In this document: one piece after another, positions 55,780-64,000 of the stretch
How the letters are laid out: each line of letters starts with the position of its first letter
Numbering within the stretch: position 1 is the stretch's first letter
NCBI GenBank assembly: GCA_902491535.1
Contig: CABUHS010000003.1
Location: 6,426-70,425, forward strand
Origin: an uncultured Eubacteriales bacterium
Lineage (GTDB): Bacteria; Bacillota; Clostridia; Oscillospirales; CAG-272
DNA: 64,000 nt
Direction of reading: 5' to 3'
Program-made: the position numbers and the translations under genes
Notes under the pieces: generated by a model
The model's input: only the letters and a program-made list of their open reading frames with translations
The model's database searches: none
Told to the model about the DNA's origin: nothing

Positions 55780-57726
55780 ATGATATCGGTAGGATGTGAA
55801 AATTTATCGCTGTCTTTCGGCGGCGAAACTATTCTTGAAAATATAAGTTTTTCGCTTAACGACGGGGACAAGCTCGGAATCGTCGGCGTAAACGGCGCCG
55901 GAAAGTCGAGCCTTTTGCGCATGATAACCGGGGAGTATACTCCTGACAGCGGAAAGGTTTACATAGCAAAAGAACATACACTCGCGGTTCTTGATCAGCA
56001 CCCGTCCCTTGAACCGGGGAGAAGTATATATGACGAGCTTCTCTCTGTTTTCGGAAAGCTTGTCCGCGATGAGCAGCTTCTTGAGGAACTTCGTATTGAA
56101 ACGGAGGCGGGCAGCGAGGAGGCGGCGGGACGATATGCGTCGCTTTACGACCGGTTTGTGTCGGACGGAGGACTGACCTTCAGAAGCCGCTGCCGCGGAA
56201 TGCTTCTGAGATTCGGATTTGATGAAGGAATGTTCGACCGGAAAACGGAAACTCTGAGCGGAGGGCAGAAAACCAGACTTGCGCTTGTAAAGCTTCTTCT
56301 TTCCGAACCTGATATAATGCTTCTGGACGAGCCTACGAATCATCTCGATACAGAGACGATGTTCTGGCTTGAGGATTATCTTACCGGATACAAAAAAACG
56401 GTGATAACCGTATCGCATGACCGCTATTTTCTCGACCGTGTATGTACTAAGATAATGGAGATCGAATACGGACGGTGCAAGGTGTATACCGGAGGATATA
56501 CTTCATTTACCGAGCAGAAAAACAGAGACCGTGAAATACAGGAACGTCATTACAGAAATCAGCAGAGGGAGATCGCACGCATCGAGGCTTATATAGAGCA
56601 GCAGCGCAGATGGAACCGCGAGAGAAATATTATCGCTGCCGAAAGCCGTGAAAAACAGCTTGCGAAGCTTGAACGTATTGAAAAGCCGCGTGAGCTTCCA
56701 AGGTCAGCCCGTATACATTTCAGAGAGAGCGGCGAAAGCGGAGGAGAGGTAATACGTGCGCGCGAGCTTTCAAAGCGGTACGGAGACGGGGAGCCGCTGT
56801 TTGAGCATCTCGGATTCCTTATAGAAAAGCGCGAGAGGGTATTTATATGCGGAGCGAACGGCTGCGGAAAGTCAACTCTGCTCAAAATTATTGCCGATAA
56901 GCTCGAAGCTGACACAGGAAACATAGAGTTCGGATATAATGTTACTGTGGGGTATTACGATCAGGAAAATCAGCAGCTTGACGATTCGCTGACGGTACTC
57001 GACGAGATATGGAATGCCTACCCGAAGCTGACTCAGACAGAGGTGAGAAACGCTCTTGCTCAGTTTTTGTTTACCGGAGAGGACGTTATGAAATCGGTCG
57101 GTGTACTCAGCGGAGGCGAGCGTGCGCGTCTTACACTTGTCAAGCTTATGCTGTCGCGCATGAATCTTTTGATTCTCGACGAGCCTACGAACCATCTTGA
57201 TATAATGTCCCGCGAAGCGCTTGAAGATGCACTTATGAATTTTGACGGGACTATACTTGCGGTATCGCATGACCGCTATTTTATATCAAAGCTTGCGACG
57301 CGTGTTCTTTCATTCAGTGTGCCTGCGCCTGAGATACTTCGCAGAGCGGCGTCCGAAAATCGCGGTCTGACTGCTACGAGCGGAATATTTGATTTCCGCG
57401 GCAGCTATGATGAATATATTGCATGGCTTGACGGACGCAGTCCGTCTGAGGAAAGTTCTGATGCCGGACGTGCTGAGACGACCGAGGCAAAGCAGCAGTA
57501 TCTTGAAAACAAAAAGAATGCTTCTGAGCGCAGAAAAGCGGAAAACCGTATAAAACGCGCAAAAGCGGAAAGCGAAAAGGTTGAAAGCGAGATAGCGGAA
57601 CTCGAAGAGCAGCTTTCTTCGGATGAATCAGGGGATTATAAGGTGATCGCCGAGCTTTATGAACGTAAGACTGCGCTTGAAGAGCGTCTCATGGAGCTGT
57701 ATGAAATTATAATGGACGGAGAATGA
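55780..57726 (+). CDS. ABC-F family ATPase (no TM domain; Uup/EttA-like translation factor class)
   Basis: Two ABC cassettes (GVNGAGKSS/LSGGQKTRL/LLLDEPTNHLD and GANGCGKST/LSGGERARL/LILDEPTNHLD) joined by a charged linker, with a C-terminal coiled coil. Confidence 0.9.
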   Translation: MISVGCENLSLSFGGETILENISFSLNDGDKLGIVGVNGAGKSSLLRMITGEYTPDSGKVYIAKEHTLAVLDQHPSLEPGRSIYDELLSVFGKLVRDEQLLEELRIETEAGSEEAAGRYASLYDRFVSDGGLTFRSRCRGMLLRFGFDEGMFDRKTETLSGGQKTRLALVKLLLSEPDIMLLDEPTNHLDTETMFWLEDYLTGYKKTVITVSHDRYFLDRVCTKIMEIEYGRCKVYTGGYTSFTEQKNRDREIQERHYRNQQREIARIEAYIEQQRRWNRERNIIAAESREKQLAKLERIEKPRELPRSARIHFRESGESGGEVIRARELSKRYGDGEPLFEHLGFLIEKRERVFICGANGCGKSTLLKIIADKLEADTGNIEFGYNVTVGYYDQENQQLDDSLTVLDEIWNAYPKLTQTEVRNALAQFLFTGEDVMKSVGVLSGGERARLTLVKLMLSRMNLLILDEPTNHLDIMSREALEDALMNFDGTILAVSHDRYFISKLATRVLSFSVPAPEILRRAASENRGLTATSGIFDFRGSYDEYIAWLDGRSPSEESSDAGRAETTEAKQQYLENKKNASERRKAENRIKRAKAESEKVESEIAELEEQLSSDESGDYKVIAELYERKTALEERLMELYEIIMDGE

Positions 57727-58057
57727 CCGGGGTCATTACGGCTGTTGTTACCCTAAAACAACAAGGTTCAGAGGTATCTGCCAACAATCTTTTATTGCGT
57801 CCGGCAGTTAGGTTGTTTATTTGCGCTGTCTAAAAACGAACGTGTTTTTTTGAATAAATCCGGACGGAAACTTTTGCAATGTTTCTGTGATTTTATAATA
57901 CAGAATGTATTTTTACAGTATATATCGGATTTTTATACAAAGCGGATAAGCCGGGCAAATATGCCCGGCGAGTTCTATAACTGCCGTTATTTGTTCTAAT
58001 TATCGGCGAAAAAATGATCAAAATACGAAAAAATCACAATTATATTCGCAAATGCTC

Positions 58058-58086
58058 TTGACGCGGAGCAGTTTTTTTTATATAAT
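58058..58086 (+). promoter_or_regulatory. Sigma-A type promoter for serC-serA
   Basis: TTGACG, 17-nt spacer, then TATAAT. It lies about 100 nt upstream of serC. Confidence 0.6.
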
Positions 58087-58190
58087 AAAAAGGATTAAAT
58101 GAATTATTTGAATGTTTTTCCTGCAAAAATCTGTTATAGGTCGTGCGAAAAATGTTCAATGGTTTTAAGTACCATAAAGGAGCTGTTGTT

Positions 58191-59282
58191 ATGAATAGAG
58201 TGTATAATTTTTCTGCAGGACCTTCTATGCTTCCGCTGAAGGTTCTTGAACGTGCCGCTGCAGAGATGGTCTGCTACGGTGAATCGGGTATGTCCGTTAT
58301 GGAGATGAGCCACCGCTCCCCCGATTATGAGGAAATTATAGCATCTGCTCAGAGTTCTCTGCGTAAGCTCATGAATATACCCGACAATTACAAGGTTCTG
58401 TTTTTGCAGGGCGGCGCATCTACTCAGTTTGCGTCAGTATGCTATAACCTTCTCACAGGCTCCGGTAAGGCTGATTACGTCGTAACCGGACAGTTCTCCA
58501 AAAAGGCAGCTAAAGAAGCTGCAAAATACGGAGATATCAAAATCGTGGCTTCTTCGGAGGATAAGAATAACACATATATTCCGAAGCTTTCGCGCGAGGA
58601 TTTCCGTCCCGATGCAGATTATGTACACATCTGTTTCAATAATACCATATACGGAACAAAGTATAACTATATTCCGGATACCGGAGATGTTCCGCTCGTA
58701 GCCGATATGTCATCCTGCATTCTTTCAGAGCCTGTAGATGTTTCACGCTTCGGTGTGATCTATGCAGGCGCGCAGAAGAATATGGCTCCCGCAGGAGTTA
58801 CTGTTGTTATCGTACGCGAGGATCTGCTCGGCCATTGCCGTCCCGATACTCCCGCAATGTTCGACTGGAAGCTTATGGCTGACAACGATTCCATGTATAA
58901 CACTCCCCCCTGCTATCCGATCTATGTTGCAGGACTTGTTTATAAGTGGCTTCTTGAGGATGTCGGCGGACTTGAGAACATGCAGAAGATCAACGTTGAG
59001 AAGGCTGCTGTTCTTTACGATTATCTCGACAGTCAGTCTTACTATATCGCTCCCGTTGAAAAGGATGCGCGTTCGATCATGAACGTAACTTTTGTAACAG
59101 GCGATCCCGAGCTTGATAAGAAGTTTGCCAAAGAAGCAGGTGCAGCTGGATTCAAGAACATCAAGGGACACCGTTCTGTAGGCGGTATGCGTGCGTCTAT
59201 ATACAATGCTATGCCTACCGAAGGCGTTAAGAAGCTTGTCGAGTTTATGCGCGCTTTTGCTGAGGCAAATCCGAAAAACTGA
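58191..59282 (+). CDS. serC: Phosphoserine aminotransferase
   Basis: VYNFSAGPSMLP N-terminus, FLQGGASTQF, GAQKNMAPAGVTVVIVR (PLP-Lys region). AAAGGAG precedes ATG 58191. Confidence 0.95.
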   Translation: MNRVYNFSAGPSMLPLKVLERAAAEMVCYGESGMSVMEMSHRSPDYEEIIASAQSSLRKLMNIPDNYKVLFLQGGASTQFASVCYNLLTGSGKADYVVTGQFSKKAAKEAAKYGDIKIVASSEDKNNTYIPKLSREDFRPDADYVHICFNNTIYGTKYNYIPDTGDVPLVADMSSCILSEPVDVSRFGVIYAGAQKNMAPAGVTVVIVREDLLGHCRPDTPAMFDWKLMADNDSMYNTPPCYPIYVAGLVYKWLLEDVGGLENMQKINVEKAAVLYDYLDSQSYYIAPVEKDARSIMNVTFVTGDPELDKKFAKEAGAAGFKNIKGHRSVGGMRASIYNAMPTEGVKKLVEFMRAFAEANPKN

Positions 59283-59312
59283 ACTTATTAAATTATAAGG
59301 ATATACAAATAA

Positions 59313-60473
59313 ATGAAAAATATAAAACTTCTCAATAAGATAGCCCCTGTGGGTATAGATGTTTTCGATAAAACGAAATACAACGTTTCTGATGACGTAG
59401 ATGCTCCCGAAGGTATAATGGTACGTTCGGCAGATATGCTCAGTGCCGAGTTCGGTCCCGAGCTTAAAGCGATCGCACGTGCCGGCGCCGGAGTAAACAA
59501 TATCCCTGTAAAGCGCTGCGCTGAGGAGGGCATAGTTGTTTTCAATACACCCGGAGCAAATGCTAACGGTGTTAAGGAGCTTACAATATGTGCGCTTCTT
59601 CTTGCTTCGCGTAAGATCGTAAAGGGCGTTGAATGGGCAAACACTCTCGCAGGAACAGAGGGCGTTGCAAAGGCTGTTGAAAAAGGTAAATCTGCTTTCG
59701 CAGGCGTTGAGCTTGCAGGAAAGACACTCGGCGTTATCGGTCTCGGCGCTATCGGCGGTATGGTCGCAAATGCTGTAAGACACCTTGATATGAATGTTGT
59801 CGGATGCGATCCGTATATTTCCGTTGACGCGGCATGGGGACTTTCGCGCAATATCGAAAAGGCTGCAACCTATGACGATATTTATGCTATGTCTGATTAT
59901 ATCACGCTTCACGTTCCTTCAACTCCCGAGACAAAGGGAATGATCAATGCTGAGACTATTGCAAAGATGAAGGACGGCGTCCGTATCGTTAACCTCGCGC
60001 GCGGAGATCTGGTCAATACCGATGATCTTAAGGCTGCGCTCGCTTCGGGTAAGATCGCCGCATATGTTACCGATTTCCCGACCGAGGAAACTGTCGGTGT
60101 TGACGGTATTATCACGATTCCTCATCTCGGCGCATCTACCGAAGAATCTGAGGATAACTGCGCAGTTATGGCTGCACGTGAGCTTACCGAATTCCTTGAA
60201 AACGGTAATATAACAAACAGTGTAAACTATCCGAATGTTTCAATGCCTCATGTCGGCGATGCACGTATCTGCGTAATGCATTCTAATACACCTAATATGC
60301 TTTCAAGCATCTCCGGTGTTGTATCGGCACAGAATATCAATATCGAAAATATGATCAACCGCTCAAAAGGCGAGTTCGCATATACGATCATGGAGATCAA
60401 GGGAAGTGTTCCTGCTTCTATTGCAGATGATCTGAAAAAGGTTGCAGGAGTTATCCGCGTAAATCTTTTCTGA
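59313..60473 (+). CDS. serA: D-3-phosphoglycerate dehydrogenase (short form with C-terminal ACT domain)
   Basis: 2-hydroxyacid dehydrogenase fold, NAD motif GVIGLGAIGG, catalytic region NLARGDLV...PHLGAST, ACT-like tail, serC-serA synteny. Confidence 0.9.
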   Translation: MKNIKLLNKIAPVGIDVFDKTKYNVSDDVDAPEGIMVRSADMLSAEFGPELKAIARAGAGVNNIPVKRCAEEGIVVFNTPGANANGVKELTICALLLASRKIVKGVEWANTLAGTEGVAKAVEKGKSAFAGVELAGKTLGVIGLGAIGGMVANAVRHLDMNVVGCDPYISVDAAWGLSRNIEKAATYDDIYAMSDYITLHVPSTPETKGMINAETIAKMKDGVRIVNLARGDLVNTDDLKAALASGKIAAYVTDFPTEETVGVDGIITIPHLGASTEESEDNCAVMAARELTEFLENGNITNSVNYPNVSMPHVGDARICVMHSNTPNMLSSISGVVSAQNINIENMINRSKGEFAYTIMEIKGSVPASIADDLKKVAGVIRVNLF

Positions 60474-60500
60474 GTTTATCTGATAGATATAGATGCTAAA

Positions 60501-60550
60501 ACCGCCTGTCTGCTGTACCTAAAAGTACAGCAGACAGGCGGTTGTTTTTT
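60501..60550. terminator. Strong terminator hairpin after serA (shared with the convergent ACP gene)
   Basis: 18-bp perfect stem accgcctgtctgctgtac / gtacagcagacaggcggt followed by tgtttttt. Confidence 0.85.
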
Positions 60551-60689
60551 CTAAATATAAATATAAAAGACGGGAAGGCAGGTTTGCAATTAATGCAGGT
60601 CTGCTTTTTATTGTTGTACAGTTAGTGTATATTAAGCGCAAACCTTATTATGTTACAGATTTCTTGTGCGCGATGTAACAAAATATTGT

Positions 60690-60935
60690 TTATCGGTCAG
60701 ATCTTGCCTCTATAATGTCCGCCATCTCACCGACGTTTTTCATTGTGACAACTTCTTTCATCATAAAACGGATGCCGAATGTGCTTTCTACTTCTCCGAT
60801 CAGGGTAATATGCATAAGCGAATCCCAATCAGAAATATCCGCTGCGGTTGTATTTTCGTTTACCGTAATCGTGTTGTCGTCAAATACGTCGCGAAAAACT
60901 TCATTAAGTTTTTCGAATATTTCGTTTCTGCTCAT
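60690..60935 (-). CDS. Acyl carrier protein (stand-alone, 81 aa)
   Basis: Phosphopantetheine attachment motif DWDSLMHITL. Size and acidic character are typical of ACP/PCP-type carriers. Confidence 0.8.
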   Translation of the reverse strand: MSRNEIFEKLNEVFRDVFDDNTITVNENTTAADISDWDSLMHITLIGEVESTFGIRFMMKEVVTMKNVGEMADIIEARSDR

Positions 60936-61074
60936 TATAGTGTGTGCCTTTCTTTGCGGTTGCGATGTTTTCAGTTTGTAAGACAGTGTTTTTAAGCTAT
61001 CTGCGTGTATTGTTTATGCAGTATGCTTATTGTCCTGCCGGGATATTTTGCGGCTTATTTCATCTTGCCGTATG

Positions 61075-62829
61075 TTATTCATCTGTTTTTGTAATATAGT
61101 TTTTTTTCGGAACGAATTTGTCCGGATACATCTCAAAGCGTCCGCCTCCGATCGGAGAAAATCCGAGCTTTTCATAAAGGTCGGAGACCATAGAGTTTTT
61201 AGCTGTCGGCAGATATTCGCCTGTAACGCGCGGTGCATTTTCCTTTAGAGCAATTTCTGCTATGCAGCCTGCGGCAAAATCTTCGACTCCGCGCTTCAAT
61301 ACGCGGCAGCTCATGAGCCATGTGTCGATGAAAAGCGACCTGTCAGGTTCGCGTTTCAGAATGATAACGCTTATCAGACCGTGATCTCCGAATTTGTCAG
61401 ATAGCGTGATATAAAGGGTTATATAGCCATTATCCTCAGAGATCCGGCGGATATCGTCTTCTGTATACCGTACTGTTCGCAGATTGAACTGATTGGAACG
61501 TTGAGTCAGCTGCGCTATTCTGGAATACCAGAACGGCTCAAAGGAGCGCGCGCAGGCTTTCATATCGAGCGCGGCGAGATATTCACCGTAATCTGATACG
61601 GTGGCGGCAAATGCAGTTCGTTCTGATTCCGCACGGTATCTGTCGGTGCGTATCAGATCTTCGTTCGAAAATGACACAGTACCGAATAAGTCCTCACGGC
61701 GGAGAAAATCGACATATTCAGCTGGATCTTCCGGCATTTCAGGTACAGTTACCTCAGGAAGCATTTTTCTTATAAGCTCACGCTCGAACGGATTGTCATC
61801 GATAAAGACCATGCTGTCAAAACCTATATTCAGAGTATCGCGTATGGCGCGTATATTGCTTGCTTTATCCTCCCAATTCGCGGCAAATGCCGAGAAATCA
61901 GATAGGCGAAGTATCATATCCGGGTGCTTTTCAAACGGTTCTTTTGCGGTAGACTCGTTGTTTTTAGAGCATACGGCAAGCAGTATGCCCCGATTTTTCA
62001 GCTCTTTTAAAAAGCGCTGGAAATCCGAAAATGCATGACCTGCTCCGAGATCTCCGATTTCTATGTTCCCAATGCCGTCGTCTCCGATGACTCCGCCCCA
62101 AAGCGTGCCGTCAAGGTCGAGAATAACGCATTTTTTTACAGCTCCCCTTACTGCCTCTATTACGGACACTATTTCCTCAGCCACGGCAGGTATCGCCTCA
62201 GGCGCATGCGAAAGCTTTGCGATTCCGTAAAGCTTCGGATCGTGTACTGTCTCCCGGCCGACTGTGTTCTGAATAAATCCGAGATCTGCCGTAAAAGCTC
62301 TTCCTTCTTCGGAGCAAAGATCCGCGATAAGCATATTCAGCCTGCGCAGCTGATATATAAATGAGTTTTTCTGCATGCTCCCGTAGCTGCCGAAAACGCG
62401 GTCGTCATACTCGGGATAGAGTGTTTGGATAATATACAGATTATTTTTGGCAGACAAAAGCTTTCCGTGTATTGTGCGCAGCTTACGCTCTGTTTCCGAC
62501 GCAAAGTTGCCGCGTCCGGAGATATCGAGAGCGCAGAAATTTTCATAGAGCTTTTCGGTCGAAAGGAAAAGCAGAACTGCGTCAGGCTTAAATGCATACA
62601 GCTCCGAGTGTTCGTCTTCGGTTTGCGCGTATATTTGATCGTAATCTGCGTCGAATATTTCAAGTCCGATCCCGTGAAGCCGTCCTGCGCCGCGTATAGC
62701 TTCGGAAAGATGCTGAGTTGAGCAGTCGCCGAGAACGGCGAGTTTCATTTCGGGAAGCTTTGATATGTCTGTTCTTGCAGCTTTTTTCAGTTCTGTAAAC
62801 GTATATTTTGACAGCTTATTTTGTGGCAT
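61075..62829 (-). CDS. FkbH-like HAD-IIIC phosphatase / acyl-ACP-forming enzyme with a GNAT-like C-terminal domain
   Basis: HAD motif I ILDLDGTLWGGVIGDDG, motif CSKNNE, FIDDNPFERE, and a C-terminal GNAT-like region (DKFGDHGLISVIIL...WLMSCRVLKRGVE). Start taken at ATG 62829. Confidence 0.8.
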   Translation of the reverse strand: MPQNKLSKYTFTELKKAARTDISKLPEMKLAVLGDCSTQHLSEAIRGAGRLHGIGLEIFDADYDQIYAQTEDEHSELYAFKPDAVLLFLSTEKLYENFCALDISGRGNFASETERKLRTIHGKLLSAKNNLYIIQTLYPEYDDRVFGSYGSMQKNSFIYQLRRLNMLIADLCSEEGRAFTADLGFIQNTVGRETVHDPKLYGIAKLSHAPEAIPAVAEEIVSVIEAVRGAVKKCVILDLDGTLWGGVIGDDGIGNIEIGDLGAGHAFSDFQRFLKELKNRGILLAVCSKNNESTAKEPFEKHPDMILRLSDFSAFAANWEDKASNIRAIRDTLNIGFDSMVFIDDNPFERELIRKMLPEVTVPEMPEDPAEYVDFLRREDLFGTVSFSNEDLIRTDRYRAESERTAFAATVSDYGEYLAALDMKACARSFEPFWYSRIAQLTQRSNQFNLRTVRYTEDDIRRISEDNGYITLYITLSDKFGDHGLISVIILKREPDRSLFIDTWLMSCRVLKRGVEDFAAGCIAEIALKENAPRVTGEYLPTAKNSMVSDLYEKLGFSPIGGGRFEMYPDKFVPKKNYITKTDE

Positions 62830-63045
62830 AGTAAAGCTTTCCTCCGAGGTTCGTTTTGACTTGTAATGCAAATGCGTCTTTTCATTATAGCATTTTAAGT
62901 CTTGTTTATCAAGGCTTTTCAGCTATACAGTAAAAAAACCGTTCGCCGATAAATTATATTTTTCGCTTTTTGTGTTTTGGTAACGGTTTTGTCATAATTT
63001 GAGAATATAATATAGGCAATGAAAATGGTACAAGGAGATAATAAA

Positions 63046-64000
63046 ATGAAACTCAATAAATCCGAAAAATTCAGCGGCGTACAAGGACCGCTGCTTACGA
63101 TAGTCATGGACGGAGTCGGTCTTACCGCGCCCGGAAACGGCAATGCAGTTGAAGCGGCATATACGCCCACACTTGATATGCTTATGAGCAAATATCCTAT
63201 GGTAAAGCTCAAAGCGCACGGAACGGCAGTCGGTCTGCCCTCCGATGATGATATGGGAAATTCAGAGGTCGGTCATAACGCGCTCGGTTCAGGACAGGTA
63301 TTCGCGCAGGGCGCGCTGCTCGTTTCAAATTCGATATCCTCCGGAAAAATGTTTGAGTCCGATACATGGAAGGATGCTGTTAAGAATGTTAAGGATAACG
63401 GAAGCACGATGCATTTTCTCGGCCTTTTCTCCGACGGAAATGTTCACTCGAATATAGAGCATCTTCGCAGCATGGTAGAGCGCGCTAAGGCGGACGGTGT
63501 TAAAAAGGTAAGAATACATGCGCTTCTTGACGGCCGCGACGTCGGTGAGACTACAGCGCTTGATTATATCGAGCCGTTTGAGCAGTTCCTTGCAGGACTT
63601 CGCGACGAGAGCTTCGATTGTCTGATCGCTTCCGGCGGAGGACGCATGAAGATCACAATGGACCGTTACGAAGCTGACTGGTCTATGGTAGAACGCGGCT
63701 GGCATACTCATGTACTCGGTGATGCACGCATGTTCGGATCTGCTGCTGAAGCTGTAAACACACTGCGCGAAGAGACTCATGCGATCGACCAGGATCTCGA
63801 TCCGTTTGTTATTGCAAAGGACGGCGCTCCGGTCGGAACTGTCGAGGACGGCGATACCGTTATCTTCTATAACTTCCGCGGAGACCGCTCGCTTGAGATC
63901 TCCCGTTCTTTCGAGGAGGGTGATTCGTTTGATAAATTTGACAGAGTCCGCGCTCCGAAGGTTTACTATGCAGGAATGCTCGAATATGACGGCGACCTCC
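63046..64000 (+). CDS. gpmI: 2,3-bisphosphoglycerate-independent phosphoglycerate mutase, 3' end beyond the window
   Basis: MDGVGL, catalytic-Ser region MGNSEVGHNALGSGQ, GLFSDGNVHS. RBS AAGGAG. The frame is open to the window end and is not in the ORF track because no stop is reached. Confidence 0.9.
   Translation, partial: MKLNKSEKFSGVQGPLLTIVMDGVGLTAPGNGNAVEAAYTPTLDMLMSKYPMVKLKAHGTAVGLPSDDDMGNSEVGHNALGSGQVFAQGALLVSNSISSGKMFESDTWKDAVKNVKDNGSTMHFLGLFSDGNVHSNIEHLRSMVERAKADGVKKVRIHALLDGRDVGETTALDYIEPFEQFLAGLRDESFDCLIASGGGRMKITMDRYEADWSMVERGWHTHVLGDARMFGSAAEAVNTLREETHAIDQDLDPFVIAKDGAPVGTVEDGDTVIFYNFRGDRSLEISRSFEEGDSFDKFDRVRAPKVYYAGMLEYDGDL

Noticed and set aside
57950-57969. A GC-rich 8-bp hairpin (gccgggca-aata-tgcccggc) in the 460-nt gap between the ABC-F gene and serC
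   Set aside because: No U-run follows it on either strand. It lies 220 nt from the ABC-F stop, and I recognise no riboswitch or T-box features (no specifier or T-box sequence). It may be a stabiliser or insignificant.
58743-59912. A 389-aa minus-strand ORF antisense to serC and serA
   Set aside because: It overlaps two unmistakable housekeeping genes, and its product is Cys/Ile/Arg-rich with no recognisable domain. Treated as a shadow ORF.
1-64000. A window-wide scan for CRISPR arrays, IS elements, integrases, prophage genes, toxin-antitoxin pairs and known defence-system hallmarks
   Set aside because: I saw no regularly spaced direct repeats, transposase or integrase motifs, or nuclease/helicase/methylase clusters other than the housekeeping recG/ruv genes. 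The only compositionally foreign segment is the small islet at 49.15-50.44 kb, reported separately.

Overview
This 64 kb window looks like a core chromosomal segment of a spore-forming Clostridia-class Firmicute, roughly mid-40s to 50% GC by eye. The taxonomic guess (Oscillospiraceae/Ruminococcaceae-like) comes from gene content and is not verified. Coding density is high and almost all genes are housekeeping. I see no transposase, integrase, CRISPR array or recognisable defence genes.

Gene content:
- Sporulation and envelope: ytfJ, dacB-like, ftsK/spoIIIE, a SpoIIIAH-like gene, cvpA, cls, an SLT transglycosylase.
- DNA repair: ruvCAB, recG, recO.
- RNA and translation: rluB-like, mrnC, truA, era, an ABC-F ATPase, one tRNA-Glu(CUC).
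- Transport: ecfA1A2T, a CDF transporter, a P-type ATPase.
- Central metabolism: glucokinase, PPi-type PFK, phosphoglucomutase, serC-serA, gpmI.
- Chaperones: htpG, a Clp-type AAA+ protein.

Nothing here amounts to a clear multi-gene novel system. The parts that deserve a second look are individual unusual genes:
1. A PASTA/Big_2 membrane protein whose kinase domain has lost all catalytic residues and which ends in six WSxWS-type repeats.
2. A one-polypeptide ECF-like sigma factor fused through a TM helix to an extracellular BspA-type LRR domain.
3. A P-type ATPase homologue with every catalytic and ion-site motif replaced, translationally coupled to an atypical zinc-ribbon Clp ATPase.
4. A probable yybP-ykoY (Mn2+) riboswitch with terminator in front of a bona fide P-type ATPase, next to a CDF exporter.
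5. A ~1.3 kb AT-rich islet carrying a lipoprotein gene, an XRE regulator and a perfect 34-bp palindrome.
6. An exported trigger-factor-like lipoprotein.
7. An orphan FkbH-like/ACP pair lying among 3-phosphoglycerate genes.

All family calls come from motif recognition by eye. No database searches were run.
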